A stretch of 64,000 nucleotides of DNA from the human T2T-CHM13v2.0 reference genome, Homo sapiens, in NCBI RefSeq assembly GCF_009914755.1, contig NC_060929.1, one strand, 5' to 3'. Of the stretch, positions 36,752 to 51,188 are shown one piece after another; within the stretch, counting starts at the first letter, position 1, and each line of letters begins with the position of its first letter. The translations under genes and the position numbers were made by a program. Below the pieces are notes generated by a model. That model ran no database searches and was not told the origin of the DNA. It saw only the letters and a list, made by a program, of their open reading frames with translations.

Positions 36752-38238
36752 TTTTTTTTTTTTTTAATTGATCATTCTTGGGTGTTTCTCGCAGAGGGGG
36801 ATTTGGCAGGGTCACAGGACAATAGTGGAGGGAAGATCAGCAGATAAACAAGTGAACAAAGGTCTCTGGTTTTCCTAGGCAGAGGACCCTGCGGCCTTCC
36901 GCAGTGTTTGTGTCCCTGGGTACTTGAGATTAGGGAGTGGTGGTGACTCTTAACGAGCATGCTGCCTTCAAGCATCTGTTTAACAAAGCACATCTTGCAC
37001 CGCCCTTAATCCATTTAACCCTGAGTGGACACAGCACATGTTTCAGAGAGCACAGGGTTGGGGGTAAGGTCATAGATCAATAGCATCCCAAAGCAGAAGA
37101 ATTTTTCTTAGTACAGAACAAAATGAAGTCTCCCATGTCTACTTCTTTCTACACAGACACAGCAACCATCTGATTTCTCTATCTTTCCCCCACCTTTCCC
37201 CCTTTTCTATTCCACAAAACCGCCATCGTCATCATAGCCCGTTCTCAATGAGCTGTTGGGTACACCTCCCAGACAGGGTGGTGGCCGGGCAGAGGGGCTC
37301 CTCACTTCCCAGAAGGGGCGGCCAGGCAGAGGCGCCCCCCACCTCCCAGACGGGGCAGTGGCCGGGAGGAGGTGCCCCCCACCTCCCTCCCGGACGGGGC
37401 GGCTGGCCGGGCGGGGGCTGACCCCCCACCTCCCTCCCGGACGGGGCAGCTGGCCGGGCAGAGGGGCTCCTCACTTCTCAGACGGGGCGGCTGCCGGGTG
37501 GAGGGGCTCCTCACTTCTCAGACGGGGCAGCTGGGCAGAGATGCTCCTCACCTCACAGACGGGGTCGCGGCCGGGCAGAGGCGCTCCTCACATCCCAGAC
37601 GGGGCGGCGGGGCAGAGGCGCTCCCCACATCTCAGACGATGGGCGGCCGGGCAGAGACGCTCCTCACTTCCTAGACGGGATGGCGGCCGGGAAGAGGCGC
37701 TCCTCACTTCCCAGACTGGGCAGCTGGGCAGAGGGGCTCCTCACATCCCAGACGATGGGCGGCCAGGCAGAGACGCTCCTTACTTCCCAGACGGGGTGGC
37801 AGCCGGGCAGAGACTGTAATCTCGGCACTTTGGGAGGCCAAGGCAGGCGGCTGGGAGGTGGCGGTTGTAGCTAGCCGAGATCACGCCACTGCACTCCAGC
37901 CTGGGCAACATTGAGCACTGAGTGAACGAGACTCTGTCTGCAATCCCGGCACCTCGGGAGGCCGAGGCTGGCAGATCACTTGCGGTTAGGAGCTGGAGAG
38001 CAGCCTGGCCAACACAGCGAAACCCCGTCTCCACCAAAAAAATATGAAAACCAGTCAGGCGTGGCGGCACGCGCCTGCAATCGCAGGCACTCGGCAGGCT
38101 GAGGCAGGAGAATCAGGCAGGGAGGTTGCATTGAGCCGAGATGGCAGCAGTACAGTCCAGCTTCGGCTTGGCATCAGAGGGAGACCGTGGAAAGAGAGGG
38201 AGAGGGAGACCGTGGGGAGAGGGAGAGGGAGAGGGAGA
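36752..38238 (-). mobile_element. SVA (older B/C-like), about 1.5 kb, all domains present
   Basis: T-tail, SINE-R (approx. 36766-37265), GC-rich VNTR, Alu-like domain, (CCCTCT)n hexamers; 13-bp TSD ggtctcagttttt at 36739-36751 and 38239-38251. Confidence 0.95.
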
Positions 38239-38892
38239 GGTCTCAGTTTTTAATGTAAATATTTTTAATGGGATAATGATATTTTAAGATTAAAGTATAT
38301 TATATATCAGTTAACTACAGGTCAATAATTATATAAAACTTAAGGTATGAAAAACATTTATTTTTGCTAACATATCTGTGAGTTGACTGTTCTTGGCTTG
38401 GTGAGGCTGCAAGCTGCAGATAGAGTCTAGGTATGTTTTCTGTGTGTTTGTTCCCCCTTGGATCAGTGGACTACCTGAGGATGTGTTTTTGTCACAGTGA
38501 TAGAATCACAAGGAAACTCCAGTTCTGGAAGTACATTTTAAGCCATTGCTTCTATCATGTCCACTAACATTCAGTCAGCCAAAGCACATACCTTGTCCAT
38601 GGCTAACATTGATAGTATAGATAAACATACCTGATCTCTAGCAGGAGGAACTGCATTGTCTTGGGGAAAGGTTGTAGATATAGGGAGGGGTGATGAGTTG
38701 GGAACAATAATGTCGTCTGCCACAAACATATTAAAGTGTAACTGGATATGGTTGATGCAGAATTTTGAACCTTTGTTTTAATTCTGATTTTTACTCTTTT
38801 CCCCCATCTAGTGCCCTTTTGTAATACAGTAATTCTCATGATTTTTGTCTGAATTGAAATCTTCTATGAGATTAGATTGTCTACGAAAATAC

Positions 38893-39794
<902 letters not shown>

Positions 39795-39977
39795 GTAATC
39801 TTTTTAGGTGCTGTAGATGAGCCATTGGATTAAATTATTACAGTATGTTTCAGACTGCTCTGTGTTAAACCCTAGTGAAGTGCCTCTCAAACCCTCATAA
39901 GGATCACAATCTCATGTCCTTTCTTTTGTTATTGAATGCCCAGTATGTGTTAGCGATTTAAACAAAATTCAAATATA

Positions 39978-40590
39978 ATTTTTTTTTTTTTTGAGACAGA
40001 GTCTTGCTCTGTCACCTAAGCTGGAGAGTGCAGTGGCATGATCCCGGCTCACTACAACCTCTGTCTCCCGGGTTCAAGCGATTCTCCTGCCTCAGCATCC
40101 TGAGTAGCCGGGATTACAGGCGCCCGACACCACGCTGGGCTAATTTTTGTATTTTTAGTAGACACGGGGTTTCGCCAGGTTGTCCAGGCTGGTCTCGAAC
40201 TCCTGACCTCATGTGATCCGCCTGCCTTGGCCTCCTAAAGTGCTGGGATTATAGGCGTGAGCCACCATGCCCGGCCTTGACTTTTTAATAATAACCATTC
40301 TGACTGGTGTGAGATGGTATGCCATTGTGGTTTTGATTTGCATTTCTCTAATGATCAGTGATATTGAGCTTTTTTTCATATGCTTGTTGGCCGCATGTGT
40401 CTTCTTTTGAAGTGTCTGTTTATGTTCTTTGCCCACTTTCTAATGAGATTTTTTTTCTTGTAAATTTGTTTAAGTTCCTTATCAGTGTTGGACATTAGAT
40501 CTTTGTCACATGCATTGTTGCAAAAATTTCTCCCATTCTGTAGGTTGTCTGTTCACTCTGTTGAGAGTTTCTTTTGCTGTGCAGAAGCTT
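39978..40590 (-). mobile_element. AluS (39978-40276) followed by an L1PA ORF2 fragment
   Basis: Alu dimer; ORF 40209-40436 gives the L1 ORF2 motif HMKK...IREMQIKTT...HLTPVRM. Confidence 0.85.
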
Positions 40591-41165
40591 CAAGAAGAAA
40601 GGAATCCGATTGGTTCTGTGTCTGTCTCTTTTGGTATTCTCAGGCTTATGTAGTCATCCATATAGAAAGATGATTAGGAAAGTAGGACAAGAATAGCAGA
40701 AATCTACATAAAAGTGTAGGAAATTAAAATTAGTTACCAGCATACAAAAAACTACTATATGTTATAATTACATACTATAACTCACCCCTCCTTGCCAAAT
40801 ATTCTCTCTCTTTTGACTTCAAAATCATGGCTTATATGTACTTTCTCCATTTCCCAGATGCAAATATAATTAATTGACTTTATTTATCTAGGAAATGTTA
40901 CTGATATCTTAATTGTAGTCATTGGCTTGAGTGATGGGTTTTGGTAATTCAACTACTATTACTTGAAAGTAGTAGATTTCATAGGATACTGTTATAAAAT
41001 GTTTTTAACCTCTTTTCTGATTTCAGGAGTAATTAGTAATTGTGGTTTACTGGAAAATTCAATGAATAGGGTGTTAAAGGAAGCAATTTATTAATAATAT
41101 ATCTAATCTATCATGATAAAATATTATATACTTCATATGTAAGCAGGCCCTCCTAATTATATTAA

Positions 41166-41546
<381 letters not shown>

Positions 41547-41559
41547 CATAGTTGTTATT

Positions 41560-44500
41560 CTTTTGCCTCCAGGTATAGGACTCCTTTAAACATTTCTTGT
41601 AGGCCTGGCCTAGTGGTGATGAATTTCCTGCTTTTGTTTGCCTGAGAAAGACTTTATTTCTCCTTCATTATAACTGCTGAGTGTACTAGTCTTGGGTGGC
41701 TTTTTTTTTTTTTTTTTCCCTTTCAGCACTTTGACAATATCATTTCATTCTCTTCTGGCCTATAAGGTTTGTGCTGAGGAATCCACTGTTAAGTCTGATG
41801 GGTGTGGTCTTATATGTGACTAGACTTTTTTTTTTTTGCTGTTATTAGAATTTCCTCTTTGTCTTTGACTTTTGACAATCTGACTATAATGTGCCACTAA
41901 AAAGACCTTTTTGGGTTGTATCTATATGGGAATCTCCTACCTTCTTGTATCTGTATGTCTAAGTCTCCTGTTAGACTTGAAAAGTTTTCAACGATTATTT
42001 TATTAAATAGGTTTTCTATGCCATTGATCTCTTCACCTCCTGGAACACCCACAATTCAGATATTTGGTTGCTTTATGGTGTCCCATACATTATGTAGGCT
42101 TTCTTTATTCTTTTTTGTTCTTTACTTTTTTTTTTTTTTTTTGTCTAACTGGACTGTTTGGAAAGACCTGTCTTCAAGTTCTGAAATTCTTTCTTGTGCT
42201 TGATCTAGTCTCTTGTTGAAGCTTTCAGTTGTATTTTTTATTTCGTTTATTGAATTATTCTAAGATTTTGTTTTTGTAATTTATTTATCTTTGGTGAATT
42301 CTCATTCATATCCCAAATTGTTTTTCTGGTTCCTTTGTATTGTTTATCTGTGTTCTCTTGTATATCACTGAGCTTCTTTTAGACTACGATTTCGAATTTT
42401 TTTCAGACATTTCATATTTTCTTTTCACTGGAATCTGTTGGTGGAGAATTATTGTGTTCCCTTGGAGGTGTCACTTTTCCTTGCTTTTTTGTGTTTCTTG
42501 TGTTCTTACATTGTTATCTGTGCAACTCTTGTAACAGTTACTTCTTCCAGTTTTTTGGATTGGCTTTCATAGAGGAATATTTTTTCCTGTAGGTGTATCT
42601 ATGGTGTTGGTTAGGTAGGGCGCTTCAGCATTGATTCTGGATTTGTGTAGTAGTGTAGTCTCCATATGACTTCTTTGGCTTTAAACCCTGTCAGTGGTGT
42701 CTGTGTTTTCCTCAGAGGCTTAGGTGAATTTGTTAGTGGAGGCTGTGGTGAGGTTTAATTAGGTGTGGCAATGCCAGGTGGGCCAGTCTTCTGGCCCCAG
42801 TGGTGGCAATGTTGGGCTGAATGTCCCTGTTCTTGGGCCCTTGCGCACAGTATATGAGCACTGGTGTTAGTAGGTTCAGACAGGCTGATATTTGGGCCTC
42901 CAGGTGGCTTTTTGAGGTGCCAGTAGTGGCAGTGGTGAGTTGAGTGGGTGGGTTGGGCCCCTGAGAATTGTGCATGGTGTTGGTGATGGCAGTATAGTGG
43001 CAGGGCAACACCTGGGCTTCCAGGTAGCACACACTGTTGTTAGTGGTGGCTGTGACAGACTGGGCAGCCTGGTCTTCAGACCCCCAGGTGGTACACATAG
43101 CTGGGTGCCAGGTTTGGTGGTGGTGGCAGGCTGAGAAACCTTGTCCTCCAGCCCCTAGGGGGTGTAGATAGATATAAGCAGTGGTAGACTGGGCAGGGTG
43201 AACCCCCAGGCCTTTAGATGGCATGCTTAGGCACTGGCAGTAGGTTTTCTGGCCTGTTATTATGCCATCTGGTAGTACACACTCCTGCTTGGAGTGACCA
43301 GTGGGGTACAGCAATCCTAGGCTATATGGTAGGGTGGTGTGGTAGGGCACTTGGTTGGGGTGACATTGTCAGGTCTAGGGTGGTGTGGTAGGGCACTCAG
43401 GGGGTGACAGTGTCAGGCATTTTTTTTTTTATTATTATACTTTAAGTTTTAGGGTACATGTGCACAATGTGCAGGTTAGTTACATATGTATACATGTGCC
43501 ATGCTGGTGCGCTGCACCCACTAACTCGTCATCTAGCATTAGGTATATCTCCCAATGCTATCCCTCCCCCTTCCCCCCAGTGTCAGGCATTTTGGGGCTG
43601 TCATCAGGTCCCCCTGATGGTCCAAATGGGTATAGGCTGTGGTAGGTGGGACGGGGGCAATTCCTAGGCCTTCAGATGGCGTGCTATAGTGCGGCAGGCA
43701 TTCTGGGGCTGTTTGGTCTCCTTATGTGCATGTGCCTGAGGTGACTGATGGTGCAGGGGAATCCATAGGCCCCTGGGCAGTGTGATAGAGAGCACTGGGG
43801 TTGCTGGTGTCAGACCTTGTGAGCTTGTCCTTAAGGCCTCTGATGTTGTGCACAAATGCAGGCTGTGTTGGGCAGGGCAGGGTGATCAACATGTCCTGGA
43901 TAGTGTCCTTGGGTGGTGGTTGCAGCAGCAGTAGTAGGCAGGGAGAGTCTGTCCTCAGGGCATGTGGAAATGAACAGCTCTGCTAAGGGGAAGGCTCAAT
44001 GACAGAGGTGGTGGGGGTGGTGGTGAGGGAGATTGATGCCAGTGGTAGCCATCCCAGGCAGATACATCTCAGTCTCTGGAGAGCACATGCTTTGTCTCCA
44101 CTTCCCCTATTCCCTGTGGCATTGGCTGCATTGGCTAGGGTGAGCCTGTCCTCAAGGCACATGTACCACAGTCCTGCTGTTGTGGGTAGCAGGGTTGCTG
44201 TCTGTGGTACCTGCCCCAGGCAGGTGATTCTTAGGCTCTGGTCCCTGGCTGCAGCAGCAGGCAGGGAGAGCCTGCCCTTAGAGCATGTGCGGGTGTGCTG
44301 GGGCTTTGTTGCCGGGGGTGGGTGGGCAAGGTTACTCTCAGTGGCAGTGACCTGAGGCAGGTGGGTCTGGGCTTTGGCTCCCTTTGTCCTAGAGGCAGCA
44401 TCCACAGGGCTCTGGATTGTCCTTTCTTCAGTGTACTGGATGCTGTGTGATCCAGAGTGCTGGGGATATTTCTGCTGTGCTGGGTCCAACTGGTGTCATG

Positions 44501-45000
44501 TGCTACAACCCTCTCAGTGGGTATGAGGGGATGTCATGGGGCCTCCAGGGATGTGGAGATGCAGGTACTGTTTGGCCCCAGAAAGAAAACAGACTGGTGG
44601 GGTCTGGGCTCTCAAATTCGTGCCATGCTGCAGGTGCTTGGGTTTCCAGGTGTGCGTGGAACCTATTGTGAGCTTCCTCTTTAGAAGCTTGTTTATACCA
44701 GTCTCAGCTTGTCAGGGTTAAGGGACTGTGCTATGGCTAGGATTGCAGGTATCTACAGGGAGAATGTGGATGCTGGGAATCTTTTACTCACCTTTTCCCC
44801 ACACTGAGGAGCCTCTTAGGGCTCCCAGCTGGTCCTGGCTGGGCTCTGTGCCTTGCTTTCTTCAGTGCCTGTCACTTCTCTGCTGAATTCCAACATTCTC
44901 TCTTTGATGCTGTATTTGAAGTGTGATTATCTACTCATTAAGCTTTTCTTTGTAGAGGAGGTGAGTGTCTGGTGCTTCTAGTTAGCCATCTTGAAGTCCC
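41560..45000 (-). mobile_element. Old L1M 5' region (ORF1 remnant and GC-rich 5'UTR)
   Basis: Antisense ORF1-type sequence at 41.6-42.6 kb, CpG-depleted GC-rich 5'UTR ending ...ttagccatcttg. Confidence 0.7.
43424..43577 (-). mobile_element. 154-bp 5'-truncated L1PA2 3' end
   Basis: GAG/A diagnostics (ctaactcgtcatctagc, actttaag); 16-bp TSD cagtgtcaggcatttt at 43408-43423 and 43578-43593. Confidence 0.92.
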
Positions 45001-46014
45001 CCATAAGCTTTCTTTTATCAGTTCATCTAGAGCTGATATTGTTAAGTGCCTTTCTCCAGGATTGTCTTCAACTCTTTTTCTTTTCAACATGAAAGCAATT
45101 CTCTGCCATTTATTTTTAAATTACATGACTAAGGTGGAGAAAGCAGGTTCAGGATACCTCAGAATGCTTGGACATTTTAGTGGGAGATATCTCCATTAGC
45201 GGATCTTAGTCATGGAAGTTAGAAGAGTTTTCAGATGTTTTATTTATTTTTGAATAGTACGTGTAGTCATTCTGATACCCAGCTATTCCAAAAAAATGGC
45301 ACTTATTATTTGGAGATGAAATATATTAGTCATGTCTTTTTACTGGTGAATACTTTCTCTTAAGAACTTAAAATATTTAATTTTTATTAAAATAACTGTT
45401 CTGGGTTTATTTTTGTTTTCTTGAGCAAAAGAAAACTGTTAACTTAAGGTTTTAATAATAGATATAACTAAAAAATTGAATGATTTGAAGTACATTTTAT
45501 TTCTTTCCATTTTCTAAATATTTACAGAAACTTTAATAGAAACTTCTTAACATTGGTTTCTGCGCTTTTGACATGTCCCCATCATTTTTGGAGTACTTTC
45601 TTACATTTTGGCACAACAAGATGTTCCAGGGTCATCTTATACTTTCCCTAATTTGATCCTACCTACTTTTCTAGTGATCCATGGCTTCATTCAACAGGGA
45701 AGTCAATTTAGAAATTAAGATTTGGTACTCTGGATATATTCATTGCTGTTGGGTGTCATTGCTTCTAGCCTCAAAAGACAAAGCTAGGAGGGAGATAAAC
45801 CAATCCAAAAATTAAAATAAGTAAAAAATTATGAGTTCATTTGGATACATCTAATTCTAATCCAACTTTCTAGCCTTTTCCCGTTCCATATTCGTAATTC
45901 ACTTCTCCAACAGTGAAGAACATGGCTTTTAACATTATAATTATATTTACTCATTTGTTCAGTGTTACAGTACATGGAAAGTAGTTTCAGAATTGCTACA
46001 CCCAAAGCTCTTGT

Positions 46015-47346
46015 TGTAGGGTGAATTCTAAGATGGCTCCTAAGAGTCCCTGCACTTCTCCTTGAATGTAGTTTTGAACTATAAGTATAATGGGCTAGTC
46101 ACTCCTATGATTACATTGTGTGACACAATGGACTTTAAGAAAGAAAATTGTCTTCAGTGGATCCAGCCTCATCAGGTGAGCACTTAAAAGCAGTTGGGCT
46201 CTTCCTGGCAAAAGGTATTCTAAGTGTAGGAGGGACTTGATGTCAGGGAGATTCTCTGCTGCTGGTTTTGAAGATGAAACCAGAACTTGTGAATGATGAA
46301 TTTGAATATATAGGCAAGGAGATTTCTAAGCAAAATGTTGAAGGTGCTGCCTGGTTTCTTCTTGCTCCGTATAGTAAAATATGAGAAAACCAAGGGAAGT
46401 TTTGTTAAAAGGGAACCAAGACTAGATGATTTAGTTAATTTTTAGCCTATCAAGATGACAAAGGATGCTAACATATAGCAATAACTTCTGAAAGCATGGT
46501 ATGGAGAAAGCCAGGGATGTGGCTGTATAATAACTTCAGAAAGATCAAAAGATGAGAGTATTCAGTCACACTGGACTCTTCCAAGAAATTAAGGGCGTGC
46601 CTCACAGATCTTCTTAACCAAACCAGGTGATCTCTAGGAAACTTAAGAGTATTGCTCCTTAACAAGTTAAACAACAGCTATAGATAAAGAACAGGTTGTT
46701 TTGCAAAGATTTGTGGGTTTGGCTTTCATCATTACTTAATATGTTTGTTTTTTACAGAACTGCATTAATTTTCTATTGCTCTGTAACAAATTACCAAAAA
46801 CCAGGGACTTAGGACACCCCCAGTTTATTACCTAACAGCTGTTTAGGTCAGAAGTCTGTCACAATGTGGCTACATTTCTCTGCTGAGGGTCTTACAGACT
46901 GAAATCAGGGTGTCAGTAAGACTGCACGCTACTAGGTCAGCATTCCTAATGCATTCCTTGCCACATAGTTCCCTCCATCTTCAGGGTCAGCAAAGGAGAA
47001 TCTTTCTCATGTTGCATCTAATGGAGATTGCACATAGGGTCTAGAAAGCTAAGAGTAGCCCCAGCTGACAGGCAGCAAGCAAATAGGGATCACAGTTCTA
47101 CAACCACAAGGAACTTGTATTGTGCCAGCAACCAGAATAAACTTAGAAGCAGATTATTTCCCAGAACCTCTAGAAAATAGTACAGTTCTACTAACATCCT
47201 GATTTCAGTCTGTGAGATCCTGAGCAGAGAATCTAGCTACGTTGTGCCAGACTTCTGACCTACGCAGCTGTTAGGTAATAAATCGGGGGTGTACTAAGTC
47301 CCTAGGTTTTTGGTAATTTGTTACAGAGCAATAGAAAACTAATGCA
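46015..47346. mobile_element. Nested MLT1 (MaLR) LTR/internal fragments
   Basis: tgtagggtgaattctaagatggctcc start, ...gtaatttgttacagagcaatagaaaactaatgca end, with another MLT1 at approx. 46760-47010. Confidence 0.65.
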
Positions 47347-47457
47347 GTTCTGTAAAAACCAAACATATTAAGTAATGATGAAAGTCCTTGAGGAGTTGTT
47401 AGGGATTGTGATCAAACAAAGAGCAGGAGTTAGCTTTTGGGTAGGAGGAAGGAATAC

Positions 47458-47743
47458 TTTTTTTTTTTTTTTTTGAGATGGAGTCTCACTCTGTCGCGCA
47501 GTGGCGTGATCTCTGCTCACTGCAACCTCTGTCTCCTCGGTTCTAGCAATTCTCCTGCCTCAGCCTTCCAAGTAGCTGGGATTACAGGTGCCCACCACCA
47601 TGCCTGGCTGATTTTTGTATTTTTATTAGAGATGAGGTTTCATCATGTTGGCCAGGCTGGTCTCAAACTCCTGACCTCAAATGATCCACCCACCTTGGCC
47701 TCCCAAAGTGCTGGGATTACAGGTGTGAGCCACCACGTCTGGC
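47458..47743 (-). mobile_element. AluS with small deletion
   Basis: Antisense Alu; ggaatacttt / ggagtacttt flanks. Confidence 0.9.
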
Positions 47744-48523
47744 TGGAGTACTTTTGCACTGGGAATGGAAGGGATAAGAATGAGCTCATATGCAGCTGTA
47801 TTTACAAGTGGTAGCTTTAGATAGGAAATGAATAATGCCTCCATCTATTAGCAGAGACATTTCCTAGTTTTGTATTGGGAGATATTGGGATAGGGCCTTC
47901 AGTAGAATTGTAAAGACATAGAACAGCTGTTGATGGTTGTGAGAGAAACATTACTGGAAGAATTATGGAAGTATTACGGGCTACAAAATGTAAATTTGTA
48001 GAAACAATCATTCTGCGTGTTCATATCCTATTATTGAGTCTTATTCAGGAGCCTAGGTATTTGGATGGACTACGGTGACTGTGGGGGAGAACGGGGGAGG
48101 TTATTTTGGAATAAAAGCACTTCATTGTAGATTCAACAAAAGGACACTCAGGATTATGCTGAGAGAGTGGTTCAAGTTTAGGATATTGAAAATTTAAGAA
48201 TTCAAAAAACTGCAAGATAGGAGGTTGTGTGGCCAGTAAGTGTGATATCTAGAGCCTAAAACATATTTGGTGATAAATATTTGTGAAATCAGTAAATATT
48301 GAGAGTTCAGGATTTTAGAAGCATATTATGACCATTCATGGTAGTGGCAGAATTAGCCATAGTTGGCACTGCTGAAATATCTTGTAACAAGTCATCAGAA
48401 TTGAGTAGGCCAAGGAAGATTGAATTTGTTTTTGAGGTATTCAAATGGATATTAAAATTACTCAGGAATTAGACTTGGACTTTAGAATCCTTGATTTATG
48501 CAAGCAAATGACTAAGAGTGTGT

Positions 48524-48741
48524 TAGGGTTGGCAAACCATGGCCTTGGGGCAAATCCAGCCACCACCCTGTTTTTGTAAATAAAAGTTTTATTGGAACAT
48601 AGACACATCCATTAATTTACTATTCCCTGTGACTCCCTTTGAATTGCAGTGGTAGAGTTGAGCAGTTATAGCAGAGAGCATGTGGCCCACAAAGCCTAAA
48701 ATGTGATCTGACCCTTTAGAAAAAATGTGTGCAGATTCCTG
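48524..48741. mobile_element. MER58A
   Basis: agggttggcaaac...tttttgtaaataaaagttttattggaaca...gtggcccacaaagcctaaaa. Confidence 0.8.
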
Positions 48742-49068
48742 AATTTAAGCTGTGAGTATTCTCCCCAGCAAAATGTATTCACACAAAATTTTGTTGACCA
48801 TTTCAGGAGATTTGATAATTCCTGAAAGGTGGTGAATGGACTCTAGTTAAGAAGAACTTTTGGATCTGAGTTCCCAGTATATTCCCTACTATTTTCTGCT
48901 GCATTTCGTCTCTTCTTGGGGGTAGGCTTTGTTAGCTCAACATGCCAAAGACATGGGTACTATCATTCAGTAACTACAGATGGCACTGTTACAAAGGGAG
49001 CTGTTTTTATAACTTGTCATTGGGGTAGCCACAAGAGTACAGACAGATTACAGACAGATTATCAGCAA

Positions 49069-49129
49069 TCTCTCTCTCTCTCTCTCTATCTTTCTCTCTC
49101 TCTGTGTGTGTGCGTGTGTGTGTGTGTGT
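49069..49129. repeat. Compound (CT)n(GT)n microsatellite
   Basis: Direct reading of the sequence. Confidence 0.92.
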
Positions 49130-49638
49130 TTTGAGGAAACCAGTGTTGGTCATGGATAATTAATGTCCTCTCTCAAAGTATAGCATATTATGAGAAATAA
49201 ATAGTTGCTTAATTCTTTCTTCTAGGCTATTTCCAGTTAAGGCTGTTAAATAAAGGAAGAGATATTTTTCAGGAGTGCCTATGTTTAGATAAGAGAAGAA
49301 GAGAGAAAAAGTAGTTTATTTGGTGAAAAAGTGTTTAGTCACTAACTGTTCTTTAATAGGTGTCTCTTTAAAAATTGTTCCACTAATGTTAGCCATGGTA
49401 CTGAATCTGTTTAGACCCATTTAAGAATCCTTAGTTGAACTTCATTTTGTTATGACTAATTTTGGTCACTGTTTTAACACAAGGGCACTTAACATTCCCA
49501 TTGCCTTTGTCATGCTCCTGTCTTTACAAATAAGAAACAACATTCACAGTCTTGTAGGTTTTTTCTGTTTAACCTACTATCTGTGTTCTTATTCTGGGTA
49601 CTTAACAGTAAAGGTGACCACATGTCCTTTTATCCTAA

Positions 49639-50196
49639 TGAGAGGTGAAGCCAGCTGGACTTTCTGGGTCGGGTGGGGACTTGGAGAACTTTTCTGTCTA
49701 GCTAAAGGATTGTAAACACCAATCAGCACTCTGTGTCTAACTAAAGGTTTTTAAATGCACCAATCAGCACTCTGTAAAAATGGACCAATCAGTGCTCTGT
49801 AAAATGGACCAATCAGCAGGATGTGGGCAGGGCCAAATAAGGGAATAAAGCTGGCCACCCCAGCCAGCTGCCGCCACCTGCTAGGGTCCCCTTCCACCTT
49901 GTGGAAGCTTTGTTGTTTCACTCTTCACAATAAATCTTGCTGCTGCTCACTCTGGGTCCGCACTACCTTTATGAGCTGTAAACACTCACTGTGAAGGTCT
50001 GTGGCTTCACTCCTGAAGTCAGCCAGACCACGAACCCACTGGAAGGAAGAAACTCCAGACACGTCTGAACATCTGAAGGAACAAACTCCGGACACACCAT
50101 CTTTAAGAACTGTAACACTCACCGCGAGGGTCCATGGCTTCATGTTTGAGGTCAGTGAGACCAAGAACCCACCAGAAGGAACCAATTCCGGACTCA
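49639..50196 (+). mobile_element. LTR12-family (LTR12F-like, ERV9) solo LTR
   Basis: TGAGAGGTGAAGCCAGCTGG start, CA end, 4-bp TSD ctaa; CCAATCAG at 49719, 49760, 49785 and 49809. Confidence 0.9.
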
Positions 50197-50751
50197 CTAA
50201 TGTCTTCTGCAATAGGGGTAGTTTTCTTTTATTAAAAAGTATCCTTTCTATTTCAAGATGACATTTCAACTCTAATCAATAAATATCAGTAAAAGATCTG
50301 CTTTCTGGGGTCTGCCTTTAAGACCTGCATGGGTTGAGTGAGTTGTTGGGTTGCTGTTTAGACAAAGTACAAGAAGTATGGTTCTAAGGATGGAATTGAG
50401 TAGCAGCCATCTGTAGAATTCCTGAGTCTGGGAATGAGGAGAGGAAGCTGGTAAACTAGGAACTGACTGGGAGATAAGCAGGCTATGCATTGGATTAAGA
50501 GACTAGGCAGAGATGTCAGTGGAGATGGAGCTTAGTTAAGCAGAGGAGGAGACTGAGAGTGTGGTGTAGTGTACAGGATTGGGGAAGACAAGGTAGTTTA
50601 GGATCTAAGTCCTCAAAGGCTGGGCATGTCTTGGATTATTGGAATGTTTCTTTTATTGCAAATCATGAACTGTTTTCCTTGCTCAGAGGCAGATATCTAA
50701 TGGGGCAAAAATCAGACCAGATCCCTGTTAACTGCTAGTCACTATAAATTA

Positions 50752-51188
50752 TTTTCTTTCTTTTCTTTCACTCCCCTTCCTTCACTCCCTCCCTCCTTCC
50801 CTCCCTTCCTCCCTCACTCCCTGCCTCCGTCCTCCCTCCATCCTCCTCCGTCCTCCCTCCCTCCTCCCTCCCTTTTCCCTTCCTCCCTTCCTCCCTCCCT
50901 TTTCCCTCCCTTTTCCCTTCCCTTCTCCCTTCCCTTCCCTTTCCTTCCCTTCCCTTCCTTTCCCTTCCCTCTTCCCTTCTCTTCCCTTCCCTCTTCCCTT
51001 CTCTTCCCTCCCCTTCCCTCCCTTTCCTTCCCCTCCCCTCCCCTTCCCTTCCCTCTTCCCTTCCCTTCCGTCTTCCCTTCCCTTCCGTCTTCCCTTCCCT
51101 TCCGTCTTCCCTTTCCTTCCCTCTTCCCTTCCCTCTTCCCGTCTCTTCCCTCTTCCCTTCCCTTCCCTCTTCCCTTTCCTTTCCTTCC
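50752..51188. repeat. Polypyrimidine/polypurine tract of about 435 bp ((CCCTT)n-like)
   Basis: Nearly all C/T on the + strand. Confidence 0.95.

Noticed and set aside
37232-38253. Overlapping GC-rich ORFs up to 187 aa, or a CRISPR-like repeat array
   Set aside because: SVA VNTR/Alu-like domain; tandem degenerate units without unique spacers
42733-44721. 205-aa and 168-aa ORFs in a GC-rich block
   Set aside because: Lie in an old L1M 5'UTR; stop-poor composition and no recognisable domain
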